A stretch of 64,000 nucleotides of DNA from an uncultured bacterium (GTDB taxonomy: Bacteria; Pseudomonadota; Alphaproteobacteria; Caulobacterales; Hyphomonadaceae): NCBI GenBank assembly GCA_942493305.1, contig OW818686.1, positions 2,441,911 to 2,505,910 of the forward strand, read 5' to 3'. The translations under genes and the position numbers were made by a program. The notes beneath the pieces are model-generated. The model did no database searches. It saw nothing but the letters and a program-made list of their open reading frames with translations, and was not told the DNA's origin. This document shows, one piece after another, positions 54,613 to 64,000 of the stretch. Every line of letters begins with the position of its first letter. Positions within the stretch are counted from its first letter, which is position 1.

Positions 54613-55677
54613 CTACTGCGCCTGCGGGGGACCGAACGCGCTTTCGAAGAATTCGTAGACGAGTTTGCCTTCTTCCGGCGGGGTCGTCTCGATGAACTTC
54701 TCGGGGCGGTAGCGGCGTTGTTCGCAGGTCTGGTTGCCGAGGATGGCGAACTGCGCGCGCGAGGTGCAGAACACGGTGGCCGCGTTCTTGAGGCGGCGGA
54801 TGCCAGCGTCAGTCGCCATTTCGGCGAAGACGTAGTGCGGCGCCGTTATGAGGCTTTCGTCCACCGCCCGTACGCAGAGGTTGGCGTCGATCATCCACCA
54901 GCCGCGCGACTCAAGGCCATCGGGGCGCGAGCGGGCCATGGCGGCGAGGATGCGGTTGCCGGTGCGGTTGCACAGCTCCATGCCGACCTGGCGGGCGCGG
55001 CGGTTGGCCATGTTCTCAAGCGTGTCGATCAGCTCCGCTTGCGTGGTGCTGGGCGGGAGCTTGTTCTCGGCGAGGAAATTGTTGATAGCGGCGCGGCTCT
55101 CGCGGCCGAGATAGCCATCGACCACATCCTGGAAGATGCCGGCGTCATTCAGCAGGCGCTGGATGCCGGCGTTCTGCGGCGACTGGCCCGATTTGTCGTA
55201 GAGTTCGGTTTCCTTGAAGGTCATCGAGCTGCCCTTGCCGTCGACGCGGACGGCGCTGAAGCCGCGCGGCTCCATGCCCATCGACTGGCAGGAGGACGGG
55301 TTCTCGACGGCGAATGAGCCGTTGGTGTCGACGCAGAGCGGGGTCTGGCCACTCCAGTCGCGCTGGCCGCCGCGATGAGCCTTGGAGGAGCGGGCGAACA
55401 CGAAGTAGACGCCGGGCTTCAGCGGGCCGGGGAGCGCAACCTCGCATTGTCCGGGACGAATGCGCGCCCAGCCTTCGACGATGACATCTTCGTCGTCGGG
55501 ACGACCTGTCGCAGCTTCGATGACGTAGCTGGTGCGGTTGCACAGCTCCCAGCCCTCGCGGCCGCCCTGGGCAGAAGAAGGAATTACCAGCGCGGCGCCA
55601 AGGCCGATCAGGCACAGCAGGCGGAGAAGCCAGCTAGCCCCGCGGCTTCCCGTTGTGAACCAGCGTTCCTGCGCCAT
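54613..55677 (-). CDS. secreted protein with two DUF1036 domains flanking a peptidoglycan-binding-like domain
   Basis: [13 protein letters not shown] and [13 protein letters not shown] (DUF1036 signature CNRT) appear twice. The central [16 protein letters not shown] is PG_binding_1-like. Confidence 0.75.
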   Translation of the reverse strand: MAQERWFTTGSRGASWLLRLLCLIGLGAALVIPSSAQGGREGWELCNRTSYVIEAATGRPDDEDVIVEGWARIRPGQCEVALPGPLKPGVYFVFARSSKAHRGGQRDWSGQTPLCVDTNGSFAVENPSSCQSMGMEPRGFSAVRVDGKGSSMTFKETELYDKSGQSPQNAGIQRLLNDAGIFQDVVDGYLGRESRAAINNFLAENKLPPSTTQAELIDTLENMANRRARQVGMELCNRTGNRILAAMARSRPDGLESRGWWMIDANLCVRAVDESLITAPHYVFAEMATDAGIRRLKNAATVFCTSRAQFAILGNQTCEQRRYRPEKFIETTPPEEGKLVYEFFESAFGPPQAQ

Positions 55678-56620
55678 GCTCGGTGAACAGCTCCATGAGA
55701 AGGGCATGGCGCTGCCGCCCGTCCAAGATTACGGCGGCGCCGACTCCCTTTTCCACCGCCTGAATGGCGGTTTCAAGCTTGGGAATCATCCCCCCTTGAG
55801 CAGTTCCGTCTGCGATAAGACCGCGCGCCTCATCGACGGACAGCTTCTCGATCAGCTTCTTGTCCTTGTCGAGCACGCCCGTGATATCGGTGAGGAAGAG
55901 GACGCGCTCGGCCTTCAGGGCGCCTGCTATGGCCCCAGCAGCCGTGTCTGCGTTGATGTTGAAGCTCTTTCCATCAGGACCGATGCCCACCGGGGCGACC
56001 ACGGGGATGAAATCGTCGTCGGCCTGGGCGGCCAATGCTTCCAGTACCGAAATGTCTACGCGGTCAGGCTCGCCGACATAGCCGAGGTCGACCACGCGCT
56101 CGATGTTCGAATCAGGGTCGCGCTTGGTGCGGTTGACCTTGGTGGCGGTGATGAGGTTTGCGTCGATGCCGGAGAGGCCGACGGCTTTCACCTTCGTCAC
56201 GCGATCCGGGTCTGCGCCGTCGATCTGGAAGGCGGCGTTGCCGGCTGCGTTGATGGCGCGGACGATGGATTTGTTGATGCCGCCCGCCAGCACCATCTCG
56301 ACGATCTCCATCGAGGCGGCGTCGGTGACGCGGAGGCCGTCCTCGAAAGTGGAGGTGATGCCCAGCTTCTCGAGCATGCGGCCGATCTGCGGGCCGCCGC
56401 CATGGACCACGACAGGGTTGATGCCCATCAGTTTGAGGAGGACCACGTCGCGGGCGAAGGCGTCCGCGAGGTCCTGGTTCTCCATGGCGTGGCCGCCGTA
56501 TTTGATGACGACGGTCTGCTTGTCGTATCGCTGGATGTAAGGCAGCGCCTCCGACAGCACGCGCGCCGTGAAAAACGCGCCAGCGTTGGGGTCGGCGATC
56601 TGGGCAGGTATCTTCGTCAT
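55634..56620 (-). CDS. argB: acetylglutamate kinase
   Basis: [31 protein letters not shown] and C-terminal GAGTLV. Confidence 0.95.
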   Translation of the reverse strand: MTKIPAQIADPNAGAFFTARVLSEALPYIQRYDKQTVVIKYGGHAMENQDLADAFARDVVLLKLMGINPVVVHGGGPQIGRMLEKLGITSTFEDGLRVTDAASMEIVEMVLAGGINKSIVRAINAAGNAAFQIDGADPDRVTKVKAVGLSGIDANLITATKVNRTKRDPDSNIERVVDLGYVGEPDRVDISVLEALAAQADDDFIPVVAPVGIGPDGKSFNINADTAAGAIAGALKAERVLFLTDITGVLDKDKKLIEKLSVDEARGLIADGTAQGGMIPKLETAIQAVEKGVGAAVILDGRQRHALLMELFTEHGAGTLVHNGKPRG

Positions 56621-56672
56621 GGCGCGCGGTGTAGCGGGTTTCTGCCACGGGTAAAAGGTGGCGGATTTTGCC

Positions 56673-57503
56673 CTAGTTTTTCAGGCGGTAGCCCGTCTTG
56701 AACATCCAGCTGACGATGCCGAGCAGAACCAGGGTGAACGCCGCCGTGACGCCGAGGCTGAGGACGACATTGTCGCCTTCGAGGCCGAAGAAGGCCCAAC
56801 GGTAGCCTGAGATGAGGTGAACCACCGGGTTGAGCTGGGCGATGCCCTGCCAGGCCTCGGGCAGCATGTCGATCGTGTAGAACGCACCGCCGAGGAAGGT
56901 GAGCGGCGTCACGATCAGCATGGGGATGAAGTTCAGCTGCTCGAAACTCTGCGCCCAGATGCCGATGATGAAGCCGAACAGGCTGAAGGCGAACGACACG
57001 AGGATAAGAAAGATCACCATCTCGACAGGGTGCAGAATTGTGACCGGCACGAAGAGATAGGCCGTGGCGAGAATGACGAGGCCGAGGATCACGGACTTTG
57101 TGGCGGCGGCCCCGACAAACGCGATGACGATCTCGAGGTAGGATACCGGGGCTGACAGAAGCTCGTAGATCGTGCCGGTGAATTTCGGGAAGTAGATGCC
57201 AAACGATGCGTTGAAAATCGAGTTGGTGAAGATCGAGAGCATGATGAGGCCCGGCACCAGGAAGGAGCCGTACTCAAGCCCCGGCACGATCGGCGCCATG
57301 CGGCTGCCGATGGCGGAGCCGAACACCACAAAATAGAGGGCGGTGGTGATGACGGGCGTCGCAAGGCTTTCGCCGATGGTGCGGAAGAAGCGCACCATCT
57401 GGAAGCGGTACATGGCCCAGACGCTGTGCCCATTGAAGGCGGGGACGTTGCGGGCAGGGCGGTCGACTTCAGCGAGCGGAGCCGTAGCGGGTGCTTCGGT
57501 CAT
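56673..57503 (-). CDS. ABC-2 type transporter permease
   Basis: Six TM helices. The 4-nt overlap with the upstream ATPase gene and the ABC-2 membrane pattern support the call. Confidence 0.85.
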   Translation of the reverse strand: MTEAPATAPLAEVDRPARNVPAFNGHSVWAMYRFQMVRFFRTIGESLATPVITTALYFVVFGSAIGSRMAPIVPGLEYGSFLVPGLIMLSIFTNSIFNASFGIYFPKFTGTIYELLSAPVSYLEIVIAFVGAAATKSVILGLVILATAYLFVPVTILHPVEMVIFLILVSFAFSLFGFIIGIWAQSFEQLNFIPMLIVTPLTFLGGAFYTIDMLPEAWQGIAQLNPVVHLISGYRWAFFGLEGDNVVLSLGVTAAFTLVLLGIVSWMFKTGYRLKN

Positions 57504-58453
57504 TGCGCCAGTTCCTTCGCGGCTTCGGCTTTGGGCGTGTGGACGAGGCTGACGAAGATATCCTCGAGGGACGACGACTTGGTTTCGAGATCCTTGAACT
57601 GGATGCCCAGTTCGCTCATGCGACGGATGAGAGACGCAACGCCGGTGCGGTCGGCCGTCGTGTCGAATGTGTATTCAAGGCGGCGTCCGTTGTCGGCGAG
57701 TGCAAGGTCCCATTCCTTCAGCGTATCGGGCAGGGCGACAAGCGGCTCGACGAGTTCGAAATTCACCTGCTTCTTGCCGAGCTTCTTCATCAGCGTCTTC
57801 TTGTCTTCGACAAGAATGAGCTCGCCCTTGGCGATGACGCCGACCCGATCTGCCATCTCTTCGGCTTCCTCGATGTAGTGCGTGGTCAGAATGACGGTGA
57901 CGCCCTTGTCGCGCAGCTTGCGAACGAGATTCCACATGTCGCGACGAAGCTCGACATCAACGCCGGCGGTCGGCTCATCGAGGAAGAGGATCTGCGGCTC
58001 GTGGCTCAGGGCCTTGGCGATCAGCACCCGGCGCTTCATGCCGCCGGAGAGGGCCTGCAGCTTCTCGTCCTTCTTTTCCCAGAGCGACAGGTCTCTGAGG
58101 ATCTCCTCGATGTAAGCCGGGTTGGGCGGCAGGCCGAACAGGCCGCGCGAGTAGGTTGTGACCGCCCAAACGGTTTCGAAGATGTCGATGTGCATTTCCT
58201 GCGGCACGAGGCCGATCAGGGCGCGGGCGGCGCGATAGTTCTTCCGCGTGTCGAACCCCGCGGCCGTGATTTCGCCGGTAGTTGGCGTTACGATGCCGCA
58301 GACAGCGTTGATCAGTGTGCTCTTGCCCGCGCCGTTGGGGCCGAGCAGTGCGAAGATCTCGCCTTTGCTGATGTCGAGATCGACATGCTTCAGGGCCTGT
58401 AGTCCGCCCTTGTAGGATTTGCTGAGGCCCCGGATCGACAGAACAGGCTGCAT
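57500..58453 (-). CDS. ABC transporter ATP-binding protein
   Basis: Walker [10 protein letters not shown], signature LSGGMKRR, Walker B ILFLDEPT. Confidence 0.9.
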   Translation of the reverse strand: MQPVLSIRGLSKSYKGGLQALKHVDLDISKGEIFALLGPNGAGKSTLINAVCGIVTPTTGEITAAGFDTRKNYRAARALIGLVPQEMHIDIFETVWAVTTYSRGLFGLPPNPAYIEEILRDLSLWEKKDEKLQALSGGMKRRVLIAKALSHEPQILFLDEPTAGVDVELRRDMWNLVRKLRDKGVTVILTTHYIEEAEEMADRVGVIAKGELILVEDKKTLMKKLGKKQVNFELVEPLVALPDTLKEWDLALADNGRRLEYTFDTTADRTGVASLIRRMSELGIQFKDLETKSSSLEDIFVSLVHTPKAEAAKELAQ

Positions 58454-58642
58454 CGGCGGTAGGCCCCCGTATTATTGTTTTCGGCTCTTGAGCGGCCTTT
58501 GGCCATGTGGGGCCACCCGCTGCCTCTGTCCAGAGGACGGGCAAGGAATATCAAACCCGACATCGGTGCGGAACAAAATCGCGACGCCAGCATCGATGTA
58601 GCTGCCAGCACGCTGGCAGGAAGTCGCTATGGAGCGATCGCC

Positions 58643-59278
58643 CTACGAGATCAGCGACAGGATGGTCGCGCGAAGCTCCGGCAGGCCGAGGCCTTTTTCG
58701 CTTGATGTGAAGAGCACGTGCGGATGAGCGGCAGGCTGTTTCATCAGGCCTGCCTTGGTCGCTTCGATGACGTCCGCAAGTTCGGCCTTCTTGATCTTGT
58801 CCGACTTGGTGAGCACGACCTGATACTGCGCGGCTGATGAATCGAGCTGCTTCATCACGCCAAGATCGACTTCGCCGAGACCGCGGCGCGAATCGATCAG
58901 CACAAAGATGCGCTTCAGCGTGTTGCGCTTGCGCAGGTAGTCGAGGTTGAGGCGGCTCCAGACGTCGACGTTCTTCTTCGGGGCATCGGCGAAGCCATAG
59001 CCGGGCAGATCGACGATGTTGGCGCGACCGTCGGCCAAGTCGAAGAAGTTGATTTCCTGCGTGCGTCCCGGCGTGTTTGAGGCGCGCGCGAGGTTCTTGC
59101 GGTTGCAGAGCGCGTTGATGAGACTGGACTTGCCGACGTTGGAGCGGCCGGCAAAGGCGATCTCGGGGCGATCCGCCGGAGGCAGGGTGGCGATCGACAC
59201 CACGCCCTTCATGAACGCAACATTGCCCGCGAAAAGAATGCGGGCCGCTTCGAGTTCCTCGGGAGTGAAGTCCGTCAT
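58643..59278 (-). CDS. engB: ribosome biogenesis GTP-binding protein YihA/EngB
   Basis: G1 GRSNVGKSS, G3 DLPGYG, G4 TKSDK. Confidence 0.9.
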   Translation of the reverse strand: MTDFTPEELEAARILFAGNVAFMKGVVSIATLPPADRPEIAFAGRSNVGKSSLINALCNRKNLARASNTPGRTQEINFFDLADGRANIVDLPGYGFADAPKKNVDVWSRLNLDYLRKRNTLKRIFVLIDSRRGLGEVDLGVMKQLDSSAAQYQVVLTKSDKIKKAELADVIEATKAGLMKQPAAHPHVLFTSSEKGLGLPELRATILSLIS

Positions 59279-59297
59279 TGCCTCAAGGTCCGTGAGC

Positions 59298-59415
59298 GCG
59301 CCCTCGTCTTTCGAGACGAGCGCTGCGGGCTCTCCTCAGGATGAGGGCTAAGCACCGGCTATTGTTTAGCCCTCATCCTGAGGAGCCGCAAAGCGGCCTC
59401 TCGAAGGACGAGGGC
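59298..59415. repeat. nested palindromic REP element
   Basis: The inner arms are a perfect 20 nt: CTCCTCAGGATGAGGGCTAA (59332..59351) and TTAGCCCTCATCCTGAGGAG (59366..59385). The outer arms are GCGCCCTCGTCTTTCGAG and CTCGAAGGACGAGGGCG. Confidence 0.85.
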
Positions 59416-59430
59416 GTAGGTTCAGATGCC

Positions 59431-61206
59431 TTACGCCGGCTTCTTCTTGCCGAAGTACTTGGCAATCAACTTGTCGAACTCGGTTTCGACGCCGGTGCGG
59501 CGCATGATGATGTACTGCTGGATCACCGAGATGATGTTCGACCAGACGTAGTAGATCACGAGGCCCGCAGCGAAGCCCGCGAACAGGACGGTGAAGAGAA
59601 GCGGCAGCCAGCGCATGATGGCGCGCTGCATCGGGTCCTGCGGCGGTGCGGAAAGGCCCTGCAGCGCAACCATGGTGATGCCGTAAAGGATCGGCCAGAC
59701 GCCAAGACCGAGAAGGCCGCCGATCAGCGGAACCGAGCGCGGCTCCCACGGGATCAGGCCGAACAGATTGAAGATAGAGGTCGGATCAGCCGCCGACATG
59801 TCGCGGATCCAGCCGACAAATGGCGTGTGGCGCATCTCGATCGTGACGTTCAGCACATGGAAGAGCGCGTAGAACACGAACATGGTCGGGATCAGCGGGA
59901 GGCAGCCGGCGACCGGATTGACCTTCTCGCGCTGGAACAGCTTCGCTTGCTCCGCGCGCATGCGCTGCGGATCGGCCGCGAAACGCTCCTGGATGTTTTT
60001 CATCTCCGGCTGCAGGAGACGCATCTTCGACATCGATTTGTACATGTTGTACTGGAGCGGGAAGAACACGGTCTTCACGATGACGGTCAGCACAAGAATG
60101 GCGATGGCGAAGTAGCCGAACCAGTTCTGCAGCATCATCAGCAGCCAGAAGAACGGCTTGGTGATGAAGAACATGAACGACCAGTCTACGGCGTCGGTGA
60201 AGGAGGGGATGCCCTCCTTGTTCTCGTAACGCTCAAGCAGGCCGACGCGCTTGGCGCCGGCGAAAATGCGGGCGGACTTGGTGATCGACTGGCCAGCCTC
60301 GATCACATACGGGGAAAGCTCGTAGCCGGCGACGAAAGTGGTCTGGCCGTTGGCCTTTTCGGAGCGGGCGATCATCTGCACTTCTTCGCCCTGCTCGGGG
60401 ATCGTCGCAGCCATCCAGTATTTGGTGGTGAGCGAGTTCCAGCCGGCATTGACGCTGCGCTGCACAGCCTTGCCGTTGTTCAGGTCGTTGTAGTTGATCA
60501 TCTGGTTCTTGTCGGAACCGTAGACGCCAAGCGCGCCGCGGTGGGCGCCATGCTCAAGCGAGTTGATCGTGTCGCTCAGCATCAGTTGGCGCACCGAAGC
60601 CTTCTGCGTCAGCGTGATCGGCGCGGTCGAGGTGTTGGTGACGACGTCGGACACGGTGAACATGTAGTCGGCGTCGATTGTCACGGTGCGGTCGATGCGG
60701 ACGGCGGCGGCGGCGTAGGTGAGGGTCAGCGGGTTCTCGACCGAGAGCGGGCCGGTGCTGGTCTGCGTCCAGAGGACTTCATCGGTGGTGGTGGAAGGAG
60801 TGGTCCACGCGACGGTGGCGTAGAACGATTTATCGGTTTCGGCCGGTGCGAGCAGCTTGATCTCGCCGGCGGGGTTCTTGCGTTCCTTGTCCTCGACCGT
60901 TTCGTAGAAATTCTTCAGGGACACGTCGTCGATGCGGGCGCCAAGCAGCGAGATCGAACCTTCGACGGATGGCGCATCGATGGCGGCGCGCTGGCCGGCG
61001 GCCAAGCCTGACGAAACAACTTCCTCACGCGGGCGGATGGTCGGAGCGGCCTGCTGGGCCTGGGTCTGGGCGTTTTCCGTCGCCTGAACGCGTTGCGCCT
61101 GCTGGGCCTTTTGCTGGGGCTCAAGCACGAAGATGTTGTAGACCATGAACAGGCCGAAACACAGCGCGAGCGCCAGCAGGAGATTGCGCTGCTCTTGCTG
61201 TTCCAT
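59431..61206 (-). CDS. yidC: membrane protein insertase YidC
   Basis: 591 aa with an N-terminal TM, a large periplasmic domain, and the C-terminal 60-kDa IMP core (GCLPLIPTMFVFYALF, WIRDMSAADP). Confidence 0.95.
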   Translation of the reverse strand: MEQQEQRNLLLALALCFGLFMVYNIFVLEPQQKAQQAQRVQATENAQTQAQQAAPTIRPREEVVSSGLAAGQRAAIDAPSVEGSISLLGARIDDVSLKNFYETVEDKERKNPAGEIKLLAPAETDKSFYATVAWTTPSTTTDEVLWTQTSTGPLSVENPLTLTYAAAAVRIDRTVTIDADYMFTVSDVVTNTSTAPITLTQKASVRQLMLSDTINSLEHGAHRGALGVYGSDKNQMINYNDLNNGKAVQRSVNAGWNSLTTKYWMAATIPEQGEEVQMIARSEKANGQTTFVAGYELSPYVIEAGQSITKSARIFAGAKRVGLLERYENKEGIPSFTDAVDWSFMFFITKPFFWLLMMLQNWFGYFAIAILVLTVIVKTVFFPLQYNMYKSMSKMRLLQPEMKNIQERFAADPQRMRAEQAKLFQREKVNPVAGCLPLIPTMFVFYALFHVLNVTIEMRHTPFVGWIRDMSAADPTSIFNLFGLIPWEPRSVPLIGGLLGLGVWPILYGITMVALQGLSAPPQDPMQRAIMRWLPLLFTVLFAGFAAGLVIYYVWSNIISVIQQYIIMRRTGVETEFDKLIAKYFGKKKPA

Positions 61207-61210
61207 GGGG

Positions 61211-61609
61211 TTACGTCCTGTCTGAGGGAGGCGTGGCGGGTCCGCCAGCGGCAGGGAGGAGGCGGCGGCGGAGGCTTACCAACGCCTTTTCCATATCGTC
61301 AAGCAAACGGGGCCAGGGGGCGGTGGCGGTGTCTTGCCGCGCAATGAAGACGTAATCGGCCCCTGCGACGCCCAGGGCAGGCAAAAGCAGCCGCGCCGCC
61401 TCGCGCATCCGGCGACGGGCCCGGTTGCGCACGACGGCGCCGCCGATCTTCTTGGTGGTGGTGAAGCCTTCGCCAGCGACGGGGCGAGGCGCATTGCGGC
61501 GGCGGCCCTGAACCACCAGAATCCGGCGGCGTTCGGCATAACCGTCTGCAACAAAAAGAAATTCGCGCCGTACGCGGAGGCGTTCCACCTCGACAAACGG
61601 CGCGTTCAT
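61211..61609 (-). CDS. rnpA: ribonuclease P protein component
   Basis: ATG at 61609. TTKKIGGAVVRNRARRRMREA is the RNR motif. It sits between rpmH and yidC. Confidence 0.85.
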   Translation of the reverse strand: MNAPFVEVERLRVRREFLFVADGYAERRRILVVQGRRRNAPRPVAGEGFTTTKKIGGAVVRNRARRRMREAARLLLPALGVAGADYVFIARQDTATAPWPRLLDDMEKALVSLRRRLLPAAGGPATPPSDRT

Positions 61610-61650
61610 TTCTTTATCCGGGGAGCTTTCGCCCCCCTGATGACGCCCTG

Positions 61651-61791
61651 TTAGGCGCTGAGCCGCTTGCGGCCCTTGGCGCGACGAGACGCCAGAATCT
61701 TCTGGCCGTTCTTGGTCGCCATGCGCGCGCGGAAACCGTGGCGACGCTTGCGCTTCAGGTTGCTCGGCTGAAAAGTCCGTTTGGTGGACAC
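61651..61791 (-). CDS. rpmH: 50S ribosomal protein L34 (not in ORF track, <60 aa)
   Basis: My own translation gives (GTG)[45 protein letters not shown], a canonical L34 sequence. The start codon appears to be GTG. Confidence 0.9.
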   Translation of the reverse strand: MSTKRTFQPSNLKRKRRHGFRARMATKNGQKILASRRAKGRKRLSA

Positions 61792-61982
61792 GGGTCACTG
61801 CCCCTTATTCCTTTAGGAGGCGGGGGAGGTACATGCTCGATCCGGGCGAGTCAAGCGCGGGAAAAGCCCGATCAATGGACTACGCCTGCGACGGGATTGC
61901 AGCTATTCCCGCGTGAAACCTTCTGGAATGTAACAGTTGGGCGCCGATAGGGAAACAGGTCGGCGACAGACGGCATTTTATA

Positions 61983-63527
61983 ATGAAAGATCGGCCCGTG
62001 CGGCCGGGCTTCCGTAAGGAATCCCATCGTACGAGGACCCGACGGCAAGTGGAAACGCCCAGGGGAGTATATCTGAGCGAGACGCAGGACCTTGAGAAAG
62101 GGTCGGCTGCGGCGCCATCGGCGCCGGGCAGGCGCTGGCGATTCTTTACCGGCCTGCGGGGCCGCCTGCTGGTCCTGACCTCGGTTTTCGTCTTCATCGC
62201 CATGCTGCTGGTCTATCCGGTGCTGGCGGGCACCTACCGGAACAGCTGGCTGGAACAGCGTGCCCAGGCCGCCCAGATCGCCGCCCTGGCCGTCGAGGCG
62301 GCCCCCGAGGGGCAGGTCAGCGATGAGCTGTCCCGCCAGCTTCTGGAGCGCGCGCAGGTCGTCTCCGTGGCCGTGCAGGAACAGGATTTCCGTGTCGAGA
62401 TCCTGCCGCCGTCCATGGACCTCAGCGGCGGCCTTGTGGCCGTTGACCGGCGCACCGAGAGTTTCTTCGACAGCATGACCGGCGCGTTCGGTCACATGCT
62501 CGCGCCGGGCGGGCGCTTCCTTCGCATCATCCTCGCGCCGTCGCTGACCGAAGATGCGGTCATGGAAGTGATTGTGCCGGAAGCGGCGCTGAAAAACGGC
62601 CTGATCGCTTTCTCGCGCACGCTCATCCTGTTCTCGCTGCTGATCGCGGCGGTGGTGGGAGCGCTGATCTATTTCGCGATGTACCGGCTGGTGATCCAGC
62701 CGATGCGGCGGCTCACGCTCGGCATCGTCAAGTTCTCCAGCGAGCCGGAGGGCGCCGAGATCGAGCCGATGCCCGGGGGCGCCTATGAAATGCGGCGCGC
62801 CAACGCCGCCCTGCAGGCCATGCAGAAGACTGTCTCGGCCGCATTCCGCCAGCGCAAGCGCCTGGCCGAGCTGGGCGAGGCGGTCGCCAAGATCAACCAC
62901 GACCTGCGCAACTCGCTGTCGGCGGCTCAGATCGTGTCCGAGGGACTTTCAGAATCCGACGATCCGCGCGTCAAGCGCGCCGCCCCGCGTCTTGAGCGTG
63001 CGATCCAGCGCGCGGTGAACCTGGCCGAAGCAACCTTGAGCCACGCAAGCACCGAACCCGCCGCGCCCAACCTTGCGATCGTGAACCTTGTTCCCCTGAT
63101 CGATGAAGCGGCAGCCGAAGGACTTGCCGGCTCCAGCGGCATCGAGTGGCGCATCGAAGCGCCGGACGTGGTGAACGCAACGGCTGACCCAGACCATGTG
63201 CATCGCCTCGTCGCCAACCTGGTGCGCAACGCGGCGCGTGCGATCAAGGACCAGAAGGATCGCCCCAGCCACGGGCGCATTCAGGCGCGCCTCTTCCGCG
63301 ATGGCAGCTGCGCCGTGGTGGAGATTTCAGACAACGGGCCGGGCGTGCCGGCGTCTGTCGTAAATCGCCTGTTCCAGCCGTTTGCCGGGTCGGCGTCGCG
63401 AGGCGGGGCAGGGCTGGGTCTTGCTATCGCGCGCGAACTGGCGCGCGGCATGCGCGGGGATCTCACGCTGACGACGAATGGTGAGACGGGCGCGACGTTC
63501 ACGCTGCGTGTGCCGGCGGCCGGCTAG
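61983..63527 (+). CDS. membrane sensor histidine kinase
   Basis: Two TM segments flank a periplasmic region. H-box INHDLRNSLSAA, N-box LVANLVRNAARA, G1 DNGPGV, G2 GAGLGLAIAREL. The start is uncertain. Confidence 0.85.
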   Translation: MKDRPVRPGFRKESHRTRTRRQVETPRGVYLSETQDLEKGSAAAPSAPGRRWRFFTGLRGRLLVLTSVFVFIAMLLVYPVLAGTYRNSWLEQRAQAAQIAALAVEAAPEGQVSDELSRQLLERAQVVSVAVQEQDFRVEILPPSMDLSGGLVAVDRRTESFFDSMTGAFGHMLAPGGRFLRIILAPSLTEDAVMEVIVPEAALKNGLIAFSRTLILFSLLIAAVVGALIYFAMYRLVIQPMRRLTLGIVKFSSEPEGAEIEPMPGGAYEMRRANAALQAMQKTVSAAFRQRKRLAELGEAVAKINHDLRNSLSAAQIVSEGLSESDDPRVKRAAPRLERAIQRAVNLAEATLSHASTEPAAPNLAIVNLVPLIDEAAAEGLAGSSGIEWRIEAPDVVNATADPDHVHRLVANLVRNAARAIKDQKDRPSHGRIQARLFRDGSCAVVEISDNGPGVPASVVNRLFQPFAGSASRGGAGLGLAIARELARGMRGDLTLTTNGETGATFTLRVPAAG

Positions 63528-63575
63528 GTCTCAAGCGATCAGAGTCGGCTTTCTTCTTGATCCGCGTGCTTCGCG

Positions 63576-63632
63576 GGCAGCCCCTGCCGTCATGCTTTGC
63601 ATGTCACCTTCCCCAGCTCCGCCGGGGCACGA
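63576..63632. repeat. second copy of REP GCCGTCATGCTTTGCATGTCACCTTCCCCAGCTCCGCCGGGG
   Basis: Matches 54481..54537. Confidence 0.7.
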
Positions 63633-63731
63633 CAACGGCGGCCGAACGAAACGAGGGCCCGCGGATTTCTCCGGGGCCCTCGAATGGATGTCATCGCAAT
63701 CGGCGGCGATCACATCATAGCCGTGTCGCGA

Positions 63732-64000
63732 TCAGCTCTCGCTGGGCGATTTCGTGATGTCGTCGGCCGGCGATTTGTCGAGCGCCTTCACTTGCGTGAG
63801 GTGAGCTTCAACCGTCGGGGCCATCTTCATCGCGAAGGCCTGCAGGCCAGCATCCTTGCCGTTGGACGCGTAGTCCTTCAGCAGGTTCAGCGTGTTTTCG
63901 TGCACTTCGGTCTGCTGGTCGATGTAGACGTCGTCGAAGTCTTCGACCGAAGCGTTACGCAGGGCTTCAAGCTTGCCCGTGTGGTCGTTGTCGAGCGCGA
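63732..64000 (-). CDS. DUF4142-family protein, C-terminal part (runs off the window)
   Basis: My own translation gives ...FDDVYIDQQTEVHENTLNLLKDYASNGKDAGLQAFAMKMAPTVEAHLTQVKALDK...*, which fits the DUF4142 repeat pattern. Confidence 0.7.
   Translation of the reverse strand, partial: ALDNDHTGKLEALRNASVEDFDDVYIDQQTEVHENTLNLLKDYASNGKDAGLQAFAMKMAPTVEAHLTQVKALDKSPADDITKSPSES

Overview
This is a visibly GC-rich, gene-dense chromosomal segment. Its gene content and order suggest an alphaproteobacterium. One line of evidence is the minus-strand block rpmH-rnpA-yidC-engB, then an ABC-2 exporter pair, then argB and dapD. Others are a PhaR/phasin/PhaC/BdhA PHA module, DUF1036 and PAS_5-like proteins, and two GGAAC-N16-CGTT promoter-like motifs. 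I support about 60 protein-coding genes, including two that are absent from the ORF track because they are under 60 aa (rpmH and a 58-aa membrane protein).

Main blocks:
- 0-12.7 kb: DUF1993 and DUF599 genes, then an 8.3-kb metabolic and c-di-GMP segment bracketed by two diverged ~730-bp inverted repeats.
- 13-17.2 kb: PHA granule cluster (phaP, phaC, hydrolase, phaR); bdhA lies at 25 kb.
- 17.8-23.7 kb: serine hydrolase, Ntn acylase, Mur-ligase and LD-carboxypeptidase (cell-wall recycling flavour).
- 27.05-31.8 kb: four translationally coupled genes encoding a TelA-like protein, a single-pass membrane protein, a coiled-coil protein with a Gly-rich tail, and a phytase-like protein.
- 31.8-40.6 kb: phoD, cyclophilin, a glycine-zipper lipoprotein, a P450, a NERD-SF1 helicase fusion and phoH.
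- 43.3-45.8 kb: DEAD-box helicase with a tandem-repeat tail.
- 50-52.6 kb: PilZ and PAS_5-like genes plus a poly-Pro secreted protein.
- 53-64 kb: housekeeping block.

I saw no rRNA, tRNA, CRISPR array, transposase, integrase or phage structural genes. Many long ORFs in the track are antisense or out-of-frame shadows typical of high-GC DNA and are not reported.

The most interesting candidates are the TelA-like four-gene operon, a candidate general-stress-dependent sRNA or leader upstream of phoH, the inverted paralogous repeats, the stand-alone NERD-helicase, and a homopolymer-tract ORF that runs through its own terminator.

All family calls come from motif recognition by eye. No database search was run.
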